The translations under genes and the position numbers were made by a program. Under the pieces are notes generated by a model. That model searched no databases. It was given only the letters and a program-made list of their open reading frames with translations, and was not told the DNA's origin. A stretch of DNA of 64,000 nt from the NCBI GenBank assembly GCA_965602015.1, contig OZ271918.1:1280001-1344000 (forward strand), written 5' to 3'. This stretch comes from Salinispira sp. GTDB taxonomy: Bacteria > Spirochaetota > Spirochaetia > DSM-27196 > Salinispiraceae. The number at the start of each line of letters is the position of its first letter. The stretch's first letter is position 1. Below are positions 1-8,339 of this stretch, piece by piece.

Positions 1-818
1 CACATATAGGACTTGCTGGTGTTGGATTTCTCCGGCTCGTTCATAACCTGAACGGTTGTTTCATCCATTTGAATGACTGGGCCGGATTCTAACTGCTGTT
101 TGAGCAGATCCTTCAGCGGCTTCAATGCCTGATACGCCTTCTGCTGCCAATTGGACATGTCCTGCCGGCTGATCCTAGCCCCAACCCGCTCAAAGCGCTT
201 TTCCTGGCGGTAGTACGGCAGGTGATCGACGAATTTATTCTGAATAATGAAGGCCAGAAGCTCCGGGGTCGCAATGCTCTTGGGGATGATGGACGGCGGA
301 ACCGGCGCAATGCGGAACACCGGTTTGTCTTCATCCCCGGAACCCTCGCAGTTCCGGCAGGCGTACTTGGGCCTGATATGCCGTTCGACGAAAAACTGCT
401 CGGGGATGGTTTTCAGTTTTTCGCTGACTTCTTCGTCAATTTTGGAAAGCTCGTGCCCGCAGGCGCAGCGTTTCTGGTCTTCTGAGATGTCGTGGATCAC
501 ATCGACCCTGGGAAGGTCATCGGATAAAGGCTTTCGCCCCCGCTTCTTCCGCGTATGTGAGGTGACCGTGGTGAGAGAACTGTCGGTTTCCGGCTCATCG
601 GGCGGTGTTGACTGAATCTCCCGTTCCTCAAAGAGCATGGCCTGCAGCAGCTCTTCAGCTGATTCACTGCTTCGGGCAAACTTCCGGAACCGGGCCAGCT
701 TGAGCTGTTCCTGAAGGTCTTCGATTTCCAGTTCCTGCTCTGAAATTCTGGAACCGAGTGCGACTATGTGAGCCTGGACTTCCTCGGGTAACTGTTCAAT
801 CTCCGCCGCACTCAGCAT
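1..818 (-). CDS. tnpC: IS66 transposase TnpC, N-terminal part (truncated by window edge)
   Basis: ATG at 818 opens MLSAAEIEQL..KFARSSE..GRKPLSDDLPR..CACG..RPKYACRNC..KFVDHLPYYRQ..QMDETTVQV (IS66 zinc finger and DDE start); I saw no stop. Confidence 0.92.
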   Translation of the reverse strand, partial: MLSAAEIEQLPEEVQAHIVALGSRISEQELEIEDLQEQLKLARFRKFARSSESAEELLQAMLFEEREIQSTPPDEPETDSSLTTVTSHTRKKRGRKPLSDDLPRVDVIHDISEDQKRCACGHELSKIDEEVSEKLKTIPEQFFVERHIRPKYACRNCEGSGDEDKPVFRIAPVPPSIIPKSIATPELLAFIIQNKFVDHLPYYRQEKRFERVGARISRQDMSNWQQKAYQALKPLKDLLKQQLESGPVIQMDETTVQVMNEPEKSNTSKSYM

Positions 819-860
819 GGGTGAAATTCTAGCATAAAGGGATTAATCGATGGAAGAGGA

Positions 861-1208
861 TTAGTTGCATTCGGCATACTGAACTGCTTTGTGGGCGTGC
901 CAAAAATCAATGCCATCGAGCAACATCTTGAGTTCGCCCACAGTGATCTGCCGGGCCTGCTCCTCGGTGTTCGGCCAGGGAAAGCGGTCCTTTTCCAGAC
1001 GCTTGAGCCATAGACAGAATCCGTTGCGGTCCCAGTACACGCATTTGATCAACCGACGGTCCCGGTTGCAGAACAGGAACAGGGAGCCTGACATCGCCGA
1101 CCGGTTCATCTGCTGTTCAACAATAACAGACAGACCATTCACCTGTTTGCGCATGTCCGTTACCCCCGGGCGGACATAGATTTCCAATCCGGTGAGATCC
1201 AGCATCAT
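861..1208 (-). CDS. tnpB: IS66 accessory protein TnpB
   Basis: TDMRKQVNGL, LFLFCNRDRRLIKCVYWDRNGFCLWLKRLEKDRFPWP; ATGA overlap with tnpA. Confidence 0.95.
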   Translation of the reverse strand: MMLDLTGLEIYVRPGVTDMRKQVNGLSVIVEQQMNRSAMSGSLFLFCNRDRRLIKCVYWDRNGFCLWLKRLEKDRFPWPNTEEQARQITVGELKMLLDGIDFWHAHKAVQYAECN

Positions 1209-1507
1209 ACAAAAGCCGCCAGTACTTCCCGCAGGCGGGCGGAGGAGATTCCATCTGCCAACAGAATGCGAAACCGCCGATCGATCTCGATGATGATTTC
1301 CGTCGAACAGTCTGAGGTGGCAGGTGGCGTGATTCGGACCAACTCGGGTAGCGCTGCTTGGGCGGCCGAAGCCTTTTTTAGCCGCTTCATCCAGTAATGC
1401 AGGGTTGAAAGCTTGATATCCCGGGCCCGACAGAACTCTTTCTGCGTCTGTCCGCTTTCCCGCCACTGGCTAATGACCTCTTGCCACTGTTCAATCTTCG
1501 CATCCAT
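1205..1507 (-). CDS. tnpA: IS66 accessory protein TnpA (HTH)
   Basis: WRESGQTQKEFCRARDIKLSTLHYWMKRL; first gene after the IRL. Confidence 0.9.
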   Translation of the reverse strand: MDAKIEQWQEVISQWRESGQTQKEFCRARDIKLSTLHYWMKRLKKASAAQAALPELVRITPPATSDCSTEIIIEIDRRFRILLADGISSARLREVLAAFV

Positions 1508-1578
1508 AATTCCTCCAGGTGGAAGAATTATTTCATTTCAGGCTCAGGCTGTGCAGGGCCTGGTAAATTGACGCTTAC

Positions 1579-4500
1579 GAAAAAAAGTAGCAGGATTAAA
1601 GCTGCCATTCTCAAGTTACCTGCCGCATAGGCAGCTTAGAAAATTTATGACATATCAGAGTTTGAACCGTTTATGTTACCTGCCGCATAGGCAGCTTAGA
1701 AAGCACCCCGTCGATAATCAATGCGTCATCTGTGGTTACCTGCCGCATAGGCAGCTTAGAAAAGAAGAACCCAGTTTACAAAGAACCGGATTACGTTACC
1801 TGCCGCATAGGCAGCTTAGAAATCGTCGAATGTGTGAGAGCTCGTCGGCGTGTCGTTACCTGCCGCATAGGCAGCTTAGAAAATGAAGTCGGCAAGGGAC
1901 TTCTCCCGAGCTTCGTTACCTGCCGCATAGGCAGCTTAGAAATGCGAAGCGCGGCCAGCGGAGCCCGGATTGAGGTTACCTGCCGCATAGGCAGCTTAGA
2001 AAAAGTGTAAACTCAGGCCCTTCCTTCTTCTCGAGTTACCTGCCGCATAGGCAGCTTAGAAAAATGATATTCCGAATAAATCCGTGATTCTTTCGTTACC
2101 TGCCGCATAGGCAGCTTAGAAATGACATAAATCCGTCAGATTGGAAATTCATCAGTTACCTGCCGCATAGGCAGCTTAGAAATCTTAGAAATCCGCGAAC
2201 GTCAAATTCGATACGTTACCTGCCGCATAGGCAGCTTAGAAAATATGTGTTATTGAGAAAGTTCGCCTCAACTTGTTACCTGCCGCATAGGCAGCTTAGA
2301 AAATTTGGACCGGTGAGAGTACATTACCGCCACCGTTACCTGCCGCATAGGCAGCTTAGAAATGGCTCGTCCGGAGCCAGGAGCCCACCTATCAGTTACC
2401 TGCCGCATAGGCAGCTTAGAAACGTCATATGTGACGAATGACACATCCGCGTAAGTTACCTGCCGCATAGGCAGCTTAGAAAAAATACAGAGCCGGTTCA
2501 TGTGCATTAAACGAGTTACCTGCCGCATAGGCAGCTTAGAAATGTGGGTTTTGATTTCCAGGTGCACTGTAATCGTTACCTGCCGCATAGGCAGCTTAGA
2601 AATTCTGGGTTCGAAGGTAGTAGCGATGAATAGCCGTTACCTGCCGCATAGGCAGCTTAGAAATTGTGGGCGTGGTACTCGTCAACGATTACGCAGTTAC
2701 CTGCCGCATAGGCAGCTTAGAAAGACATTCGGCGACAAGATGCAAATGAGTGGCAGTTACCTGCCGCATAGGCAGCTTAGAAAGAAATGCAAACACCACC
2801 GGACAGCGTCGGTTTGTTACCTGCCGCATAGGCAGCTTAGAAATCCGCTGAATTGACATGGTAGTCTCAAGATTCGTTACCTGCCGCATAGGCAGCTTAG
2901 AAAACCAGCGGCACGGCAGTAGGGCGGTTCTCCCTGTTACCTGCCGCATAGGCAGCTTAGAAAATCGACGCCATGACCGAGGGGGAAGAATGAACGTTAC
3001 CTGCCGCATAGGCAGCTTAGAAAATGAACCCGAAGGATAATCTTGCCAATATCTCGTTACCTGCCGCATAGGCAGCTTAGAAAGCTACATGGGCATGACT
3101 CTGGAGTAACTCTGGGTTACCTGCCGCATAGGCAGCTTAGAAAAGATTACGCTGAAAACAGCTTCAACCGGGGCGGTTACCTGCCGCATAGGCAGCTTAG
3201 AAATCATCGCGGACAGTATGCTTACTTTTCTCGATGTTACCTGCCGCATAGGCAGCTTAGAAAAAAGGGAATCCGAGGCAAAATCTTCATTGACTGTTAC
3301 CTGCCGCATAGGCAGCTTAGAAAATGTACGAGCGTAGTTCGCTCGATGTGTCCGCGTTACCTGCCGCATAGGCAGCTTAGAAACGACGAGATCGAATCCG
3401 GGGAAAATTACCAGTGTTACCTGCCGCATAGGCAGCTTAGAAATCGAGCGTCATATCAGCCCCTTATCAATATATGTTACCTGCCGCATAGGCAGCTTAG
3501 AAATCGGTCTTTTGCCAGTCTGTCACGGGCCTCATGTTACCTGCCGCATAGGCAGCTTAGAAACACAAGCGACAAGCCAAGGGAAGGTTTACTATGTTAC
3601 CTGCCGCATAGGCAGCTTAGAAAAGTAGGGGTTTACGCTATGCTTGTGCATATTCGTTACCTGCCGCATAGGCAGCTTAGAAATGTCAGGCTGTCATACA
3701 CATTGTGATCTATCTGTTACCTGCCGCATAGGCAGCTTAGAAACCTGATGCTGGAGGCTCTCATAAAGAATATATGTTACCTGCCGCATAGGCAGCTTAG
3801 AAAAAAGGGGGAAGTATATTTAATAAAATCTCTTTGTTACCTGCCGCATAGGCAGCTTAGAAACAGTATGGTCTCTTTTTATGCCAAGAATAGGGGTTAC
3901 CTGCCGCATAGGCAGCTTAGAAATTCATTCGAATGAAAGAGCATAAAGGGCTTTGGTTACCTGCCGCATAGGCAGCTTAGAAATAAAAGAATCATTCGTC
4001 GTGGCGGTTATGAAGGTTACCTGCCGCATAGGCAGCTTAGAAAACAAAAAGGAGAAATACATGGTGGGTAGCAACGTTACCTGCCGCATAGGCAGCTTAG
4101 AAATTGTCGGTGGACGGTCAAGCGATAGCGGTTCAGTTACCTGCCGCATAGGCAGCTTAGAAACGATGGTGCTTAAAGACAGTGCTGCAATGATAGTTAC
4201 CTGCCGCATAGGCAGCTTAGAAATATTCATGGCATGGTGGGTTAGCATTATCGCCGTTACCTGCCGCATAGGCAGCTTAGAAATTACTCCAGAGTGGATT
4301 GGCCCAACAGCAGATGTTACCTGCCGCATAGGCAGCTTAGAAATGTACGTCCATGTCCCGGATCGTTTTCCCGGTGTTACCTGCCGCATAGGCAGCTTAG
4401 AAAGCCGAGAGGCTGAGGCGTATGTACAGGAGACCGTTACCTGCCGTATAGGCAGCTTAGAAATACTCCAGGCGAGGTAATCCACGTTGAGACGAGTTAC

Positions 4501-5585
4501 CTGCCGCATAGGCAGCTTAGAAAATGATTTCCCGCTGGGCCTGCTTCAAAAGAAAGTTACCTGCCGCATAGGCAGCTTAGAAAGTAAATAGATAGGTTCG
4601 AGAGGTCCGCTTGAGGTTACCTGCCGCATAGGCAGCTTAGAAAAAAGCACTGCTACTATCATCGCCTACCATTTCGTTACCTGCCGCATAGGCAGCTTAG
4701 AAAAAACAGCTTTTTGAAATCATCGCTCATAGTGTGTTACCTGCCGCATAGGCAGCTTAGAAATGCAGCCGGTTTTGCCTTGTCGCCAATTTCTGGTTAC
4801 CTGCCGCATAGGCAGCTTAGAAATTGATTTGACCGGCAGACTGTCGACGGTTATCGTTACCTGCCGCATAGGCAGCTTAGAAAGCTGCGCCAAGAAATAT
4901 CGATTCGTCTATTTCGTTACCTGCCGCATAGGCAGCTTAGAAACACCCGGCATACCCCGGCCAAAATGGTTGCGGGTTACCTGCCGCATAGGCAGCTTAG
5001 AAAAGCTCGAGTATGAAGAGGGCGGTAGGATCATTGTTACCTGCCGCATAGGCAGCTTAGATATTTTACAAAAGAGGAAATCGATACCACCACTTGTTAC
5101 CTGCCGCATAGGCAGCTTAGAAATCATAGTAAAAGGTCGCGGAATGGAAATAAAAGTTACCTGCCGCATAGGCAGCTTAGAAAACAGTCGAAACCGAGAA
5201 AGGTGCGACAGCTTCGTTACCTGCCGCATAGGCAGTTTAGAAATTAATGATGTGATCGGCGGCGTTGTAAACGTAGTTACCTGCCGCATAGGCAGCTTAG
5301 AAAGCTGAGACTACCCTCGCGTTCAGCGCCGTAACGTTACCTGCCGCATAGGCAGCTTAGAAATAATATTGTAGGGGCAATTGATAACCGTGAGGGTTAC
5401 CTGCCGCATAGGCAGCTTAGAAATAAACCAACATGTCAATGAATCATCAATAAGTGTTACCTGCCGCATAGGCAGCTTAGAAATGGGCTTGTTCGTCATG
5501 TGCCATAGTTTACTCGTTACCTGCCGCATAGGCAGCTTAGAAAATTGCCGGGATTTGTCGATCCTGTGTGTACCCGTTACCTGCC
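1579..5585 (+). CRISPR. Type I-F CRISPR array: 66 full 28-bp repeats GTTACCTGCCGCATAGGCAGCTTAGAAA (first at 1615, last at 5516), 67 spacers of 32 bp (one of 33 bp), partial repeats at both ends
   Basis: 60-bp periodicity; CTGCC-pentaloop-GGCAG Cas6f/Csy4-type hairpin and GAAA 3' end; residual GAAA at 1579-1582 and GTTACCTGCC at 5576-5585. Confidence 0.99.
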
Positions 5586-6181
5586 GTAACCGTCAATTTA
5601 CGCCTGCACGATTGACTTCAGCTCCAGTAATTCGTCTTTGATGTTCCATGGCAGCAGATCTTCCCAATTCCCCGAATCACTAATCTCTGGTGCCTTGGTG
5701 AAGACATGCACCAGATACCCGTAGGGATTAATTCCGTTCTGCCGGACCGTCTCGATAAGCGAGAACATAAAACAGGAGCTTTCAGCGCCTTCCGGGCTTC
5801 CTGAGAATAGCCAGTTCTTGCGCCCCAAAACAAAAGGACGGATTGCATTCTCCGCGCCATTGTTGTCCGGGGTCAGATGCGGGCTCTCTACATATTTCAT
5901 GACCTTATCCCATTGCGACAGGGCGTAGGTCACCGCCTGTCCGACAGCGCTTGATGGACGAACGCTTAGCGCTTTCTTTTCGAGCCAGGCTTTGAATCTC
6001 TCTGCTACCGGGGCAATGCGGACTTTGCGCTTGTGGGTAAACTCTTCATCGCTCAGGTTTTGGCACCGAGCTCTTTCTCAATTCGGTAGAACTCGGCGAT
6101 CTTCGATATGGCCTCATGAGCGCTGCCGGCTTTCTTTGATGACTTACCCGCTTCAAAGAACTTCCGGCGGACATGGGCCAT

Positions 6182-6210
6182 TTTTCGCGATTCCTTCGGA
6201 TTCGCGATTA
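6182..6210. repeat. About 29-bp hairpin insertion E3 in tnpC (opposite orientation)
   Basis: Interrupts the HVGC|MAHVRRKFFEA motif and introduces TAA; minus strand reads TCGCGA-A-TCC-GAA-GGA-A-TCGCGA. Confidence 0.65.
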
Positions 6211-6378
6211 GCACCCCACGTGAATGATGTCAGAGCGGCCCTTCAATGCCGTTTCATAGCCCACATAGCCATCGGTTTGCAGGTAGCCTGAAAACCCCGA
6301 GAGGTACCCTTTCGCATACTCAGATCCGCGGCTTCGATGGTAGGCATAATCCACCACTGGTTTCTCAGGCAGCCCGCC

Positions 6379-6420
6379 CTGGCTGCATTGGCGAGCAGGT
6401 TCCGAAGGAACCGACCAGCC
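6379..6420. repeat. 42-bp structured palindromic insertion E2 in tnpC (in frame)
   Basis: Adds WSVPSEPARQCSQG inside WLARG|GLPEKP; same architecture as E1 with GGTTCC-GAA-GGAACC. Confidence 0.75.
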
Positions 6421-6496
6421 CCGGGCAAGCCACATATAGGACTTGCTGGTGTTGGATTTCTCCGGCTCATTCATAACCTGAACGGTTGTTTCATCC

Positions 6497-6540
6497 TGGC
6501 TGCCTGGCCGGGCAGTAATCCGAAGGATTACGACCAGGCC
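6497..6540. repeat. 44-bp structured palindromic insertion E1 in tnpC
   Basis: Absent from IS copy 1 (TCATCC|ATTTG at 61-71); folds as CCTGG/CCAGG outer stem, CTGCC/GGCAG hairpin and GTAATCC-GAA-GGATTAC hairpin. Confidence 0.85.
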
Positions 6541-7295
6541 ATTTGGATCACCGGACCGGATAGCAGCTGCTGTTTCAGCACATCCTTCAGCGGCTTTACT
6601 GCCTGATACGCCTTCTGCTGCCAATTGGACATGTCCTGCCGGCTGATCCTGGCCCCGACCCGCTCAAAGCGTTTTTCCTGGCGGTAGTACGGCAGGTGAT
6701 CGACGAATTTATTCTGAATTATGAAGGCCAGAAGTTCCGGGGTCACAATGCTCTTGGGGATGATGGACGGCGGAACCGGCGCAATGCGGAACACCGGTTT
6801 GTCTTCATCCCCCGATCCTTCGCAGTCTCGACAGGTGTACATACTTGGGCCTGATATGCCGTTCGACGAAAAACTGCTCGGGGATGGGTTTCAGTTTTTC
6901 ACTGACCTCTTCGTCAATTTTAGGAAGCTCGTGCCCGCATGCACAGCGCTTCTGTTCTTCTGAGATGTCGTGGAGCACATCGACCCTGGGAAGGTCATCG
7001 GATAAAGGCTTTCGCCACCGCTTCTTCCGCGTATGAGAGGCGACCGTCGTGAGGGAACCGTCGGTTTCTGGTCCATCGGGCAGTGCTGACTGAATCTCCG
7101 GTTCTTCGGGCAAACTTCCGGAACCGGGCCAGCCCCAGCTGTTCCTGGAGGTCTTCGATTTCCAGTTCCTGCTCTGAAATTCTGGAACCGAGTGCGACTA
7201 TGTGAGCCTGGACTTCCTCGGGTAACTGTTCAATCTCCGCCGCACTCAGCATGGGTGAAATTCTAGCATAAAGACATTAATCGATCCAAGGGTCT

Positions 7296-7643
7296 TCAGT
7301 TGCATTCGACGTATGATAGCGAACGGTGCGCATGCCAGAAATCGATTCCGTCCAGGAGCATCCCCAGTTCGCCCACAGTGATCTGCCGGGCCTGCTCCTC
7401 GGTGTTCGGCCAGGGAAAGCGGTCCTTTTCCAGAGGCTTGAGCCACAGGCAAAATCCATTGCGATCCCAATACACACATTTGATTAACCGCCGATCTCTG
7501 TTGCAGAACAGGAACAGGGAGCCGGACATCGCCGACCGGTTCATCTGCTGTTCAACAATAACAGACAGACCATTCACCTGTTTGCGCATGTCCGTTACCC
7601 CCGGGCGGACATAAATTTCCAGACCGGTGAGATCCAGCATCAT
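7296..7643 (-). CDS. tnpB: IS66 TnpB (copy 2, intact length)
   Basis: Near-identical to 861-1208. Confidence 0.92.
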   Translation of the reverse strand: MMLDLTGLEIYVRPGVTDMRKQVNGLSVIVEQQMNRSAMSGSLFLFCNRDRRLIKCVYWDRNGFCLWLKPLEKDRFPWPNTEEQARQITVGELGMLLDGIDFWHAHRSLSYVECN

Positions 7644-7941
7644 GCAAAAGCCGCCAGAACTTCCCGCAGGCGGGCGGAGGAGATTCCATCCGGCACTGAA
7701 ATGCGAAACCGCCGGTCTATCTCGATGATGATTTCCGTCGAAGTGCCTGATGTGGCAGGTGGCGTGATTCGGACCAACTCGGGCAGCCTGCATCACCGCC
7801 CGATGCCTTTTTTAGCCGCTTCATCCAGTAATGCAGAGTTGAAAGCTTGATATCCCGGGTCCGACAAAACTCTTTCTGCGTCTGTCCGCTTTCCCGCCAG
7901 TGGCTAATGATCTCTTGCCACTGCTCGATCTTCGCATCCAT
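7640..7941 (-). pseudogene. tnpA: IS66 TnpA (copy 2, frameshifted)
   Basis: Matches copy 1 until KKAS then shifts frame; 302 bp versus 303 bp. Confidence 0.85.
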
Positions 7942-8012
7942 AATTCCTACTGGTGGAAGAATTATTTAATCTCAAGCTTAGGCTGTGCAGGACCTGGTAA
8001 ATTGACGCTTAC

Positions 8013-8049
8013 GATACTTTCGTGCATTTGTGACATTGATTGAACTCAT
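8013..8049 (-). pseudogene. 5' stump of a Phd/YefM-like antitoxin gene truncated by IS66
   Basis: GGAG RBS, then ATG at 8049 encoding MSSINVTNARKY, ending at the IS terminus; tandem CGTACG palindromes upstream. Confidence 0.6.
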
Positions 8050-8056
8050 AATGCTC

Positions 8057-8074
8057 CGTACGAAATAACGTACG
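8057..8074. promoter_or_regulatory. Putative TA autoregulatory operator (two CGTACG palindromes 12 bp apart)
   Basis: CGTACG at 8057-8062 and 8069-8074; resembles the paired TGTACA yefM-yoeB operator. Confidence 0.5.
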
Positions 8075-8339
8075 CACATATTTGTCATCAATAGCTAATA
8101 GTCAACGATTAAAAAATCAGGCAAATTTTGATTACACGTAGCTCCAGCTCGACACCCGAATTAAATGACACAGATTTTCATTCAGGCAATGTAGCCGCGT
8201 GGGCTTGAAGGAATCTGTGTAACTCCGATTTGAGAGCTGAATGGTCTGGGTATTATGATAGTTTCGGCCTAGTTCTTACCTCTCTCAAAGCATAAAAGGC
8301 GGTCTTCATGGCACTTCGCGGCTCATGCTACAATAAATC

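Larger units (their letters stand above)
1..1578 (-). mobile_element. IS66-family insertion sequence, copy 1 (runs off window start)
   Basis: tnpA-tnpB-tnpC arrangement on the minus strand; terminal IR GTAAGCGTCAATTTAC (revcomp of 1563-1578), a typical IS66 GTAA end. Confidence 0.95.
5598..7252 (-). pseudogene. tnpC: IS66 transposase TnpC pseudogene
   Basis: Split into fragments (6995-7252, 6805-7113, 6528-6842, 6208-6624, 5598-5933) with motifs LQTDGY, HVGC, DNNGAENAIRPFVLGRKNWLF, DLLPW; a deletion of about 44 bp near 7105, a 4-bp insertion near 6840 and three hairpin insertions. Confidence 0.93.
5586..8012 (-). mobile_element. IS66-family insertion sequence, copy 2 (full-length ends, decayed)
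   Basis: IRR GTAACCGTCAATTTAC at 5586-5601 and IRL GTAAATTGACGCTTAC at 7997-8012; close homologue of copy 1; flanks TACCTGCC / GATACTTT do not form a target duplication. Confidence 0.95.

Noticed and set aside
861..1466. 201-aa and 166-aa (7296-7796) extended TnpB ORFs
   Set aside because: The upstream extensions overlap tnpA; the real start is the coupled ATG at 1208 / 7643.
1583..5575. Self-targeting or duplicated spacers
   Set aside because: None noticed by eye, but an exhaustive search was not possible, so no claim is made.
1647..5641. Many ORFs with repeating YLPHRQLR / VTCRIGSLE / SKLPMRQVT
   Set aside because: These are translations of CRISPR repeats with a 60-bp period, not proteins.
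1..8012. CRISPR-associated transposon (CAST) or RNA-guided TnpB interpretation
   Set aside because: No tnsABC/tniQ or cas genes are present. IS66 TnpB is unrelated to the IS605 TnpB nuclease, and the ISs interrupt repeats.
8075..8339. AT-rich stretch as a possible CRISPR leader
   Set aside because: It is on the trailer side by repeat orientation and variant polarity, is separated from the array by the IS, and is better explained as promoter DNA.
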